Source of the DNA: an uncultured delta proteobacterium
GTDB lineage: Bacteria > Desulfobacterota > Binatia > UBA9968
Assembly: GCA_963847445.1 (NCBI GenBank)
Contig: CAWJZV010000034.1
Location: forward strand, 96,001-160,000
Reading direction: 5' to 3'
DNA length: 64,000 bases
The position numbers and the translations under genes are program-made. Below are positions 63,345 to 64,000 of this stretch, piece after piece. The notes below the pieces were generated by a model that was given only the letters and a program-made list of their open reading frames with translations, did not search any database and was not told the origin of the DNA. The stretch's first letter is position 1, and each line of letters begins with the position of its first letter.

Positions 63345-64000
63345 TCAGCCTCCGGCATCCGCCGAAAGAATGAAGATCTTATCTCCTGGATTGACCTTGG
63401 CGTTGGGATTTTTGACAAACTCCAGCCCGTTAATGTTGCAGGCATAACCGCTCGATAGGCTGCTCCTGTCACGGTTGATGACTCGGCCCAGCAGCACTGG
63501 GTGCTCGGTCGCAAGCGCCGCACAAACATGAGACAACGTCGCCACTTGCGGTAACGACAATGAAACTTCTTTGGTTTTCGCCAAGAGCTGGGCCACGCCG
63601 AAAAGCTCCACGGTGACAGCGATAGAGTTAGAGACAGGGACAGAGACAGAGGTAGAGACAGAGTCGGAGTCGGAGACCGAAGGGGGGGCGGTCTCTGTCT
63701 CAAGTCTCTGTCCGCCGCGACCGGTCTCTATCTCAATTCTCCGTCTGTCTTGACCGGTCTCTATCTCGAATATCTGCCTCTCGTTCCAGCTTGCCAAGGC
63801 GGCTTGATAGTCTTCCGGTGTATTCATGTTGAGAAAGCTCAAGTTCTCCGGATCGAATGGGTGCATTTCAGCTTCGGTGATCTTGCGGGTACGGACTTTG
63901 TCGTAGAGAAAAATCGGCCGCAGCTCACCGCGCTCCAGTTGTTCTTTTAAAAGTGGCGCCACCTGTTTGCGATAGACCGCGTGGAGCGGCTGAAAGCGCT
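63345..64000 (-). CDS. MobA-like guanylyltransferase C-terminus fused to MoaD/ThiS sulfur carrier; 5'-truncated by the window edge
   Basis: FQPLHAVYR...SFLNMNTPEDY (MobA), low-complexity linker, VELFGVAQL...ACNING...ILSADAGG* (ubiquitin-like, C-terminal GG). Confidence 0.85.
   Translation of the reverse strand, partial: RFQPLHAVYRKQVAPLLKEQLERGELRPIFLYDKVRTRKITEAEMHPFDPENLSFLNMNTPEDYQAALASWNERQIFEIETGQDRRRIEIETGRGGQRLETETAPPSVSDSDSVSTSVSVPVSNSIAVTVELFGVAQLLAKTKEVSLSLPQVATLSHVCAALATEHPVLLGRVINRDRSSLSSGYACNINGLEFVKNPNAKVNPGDKIFILSADAGG

Overview
Bacterial chromosome segment, GC-rich except for the left ~23 kb. Gene style (spoVG-tRNA-Gln-prs-rplY-pth-rpsF-rpsR-DUF2232-rplI, many orphan NitT/TauT binding proteins, short-period intergenic repeats) suggests a deltaproteobacteria-like lineage such as Ca. 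Binatia; this is inference only. Single-base indels split many genes, including essential prs and rplY, so most frameshifts are probably long-read assembly errors. There are four blocks. (1) 1-22.5 kb: an AT-richer glycan-tailoring region (sulfotransferase relic, DUF6798-like membrane protein, GlpD-like oxidoreductase, GT4, two epimerases, O-carbamoyltransferase, Cys-less AsnB, flippase, Sat/CysC, TauE, sigma54 activator) ending at tRNA-Arg(CCG). (2) 23.4-33 kb: housekeeping genes plus lsrF-like/ADH. (3) 33-50.6 kb: an unexplained catabolic block with two paralogous AOR-family enzymes whose cofactor and active-site motifs are rewritten, a polyferredoxin subunit, a class II aldolase, a Cys-less racemase-family protein, a beta-propeller, a dihydroxyphthalate-decarboxylase-like protein, six permease-less binding proteins, a VOC protein and pobA. 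Many of its intergenic gaps carry short-period inverted repeats. (4) 50.7-64 kb: a tungsten/selenium block with a Tat-exported selenocysteine formate dehydrogenase (UGA plus SECIS) that has an NrfD anchor and two unknown small genes, tupABC, a TaoR-type regulator with phased upstream repeats, an unannotated 59-aa ORF, a canonical AOR and a MobA-MoaD fusion. The best candidate for an undescribed system is the divergent AOR pair and its surrounding pathway (33-49 kb).
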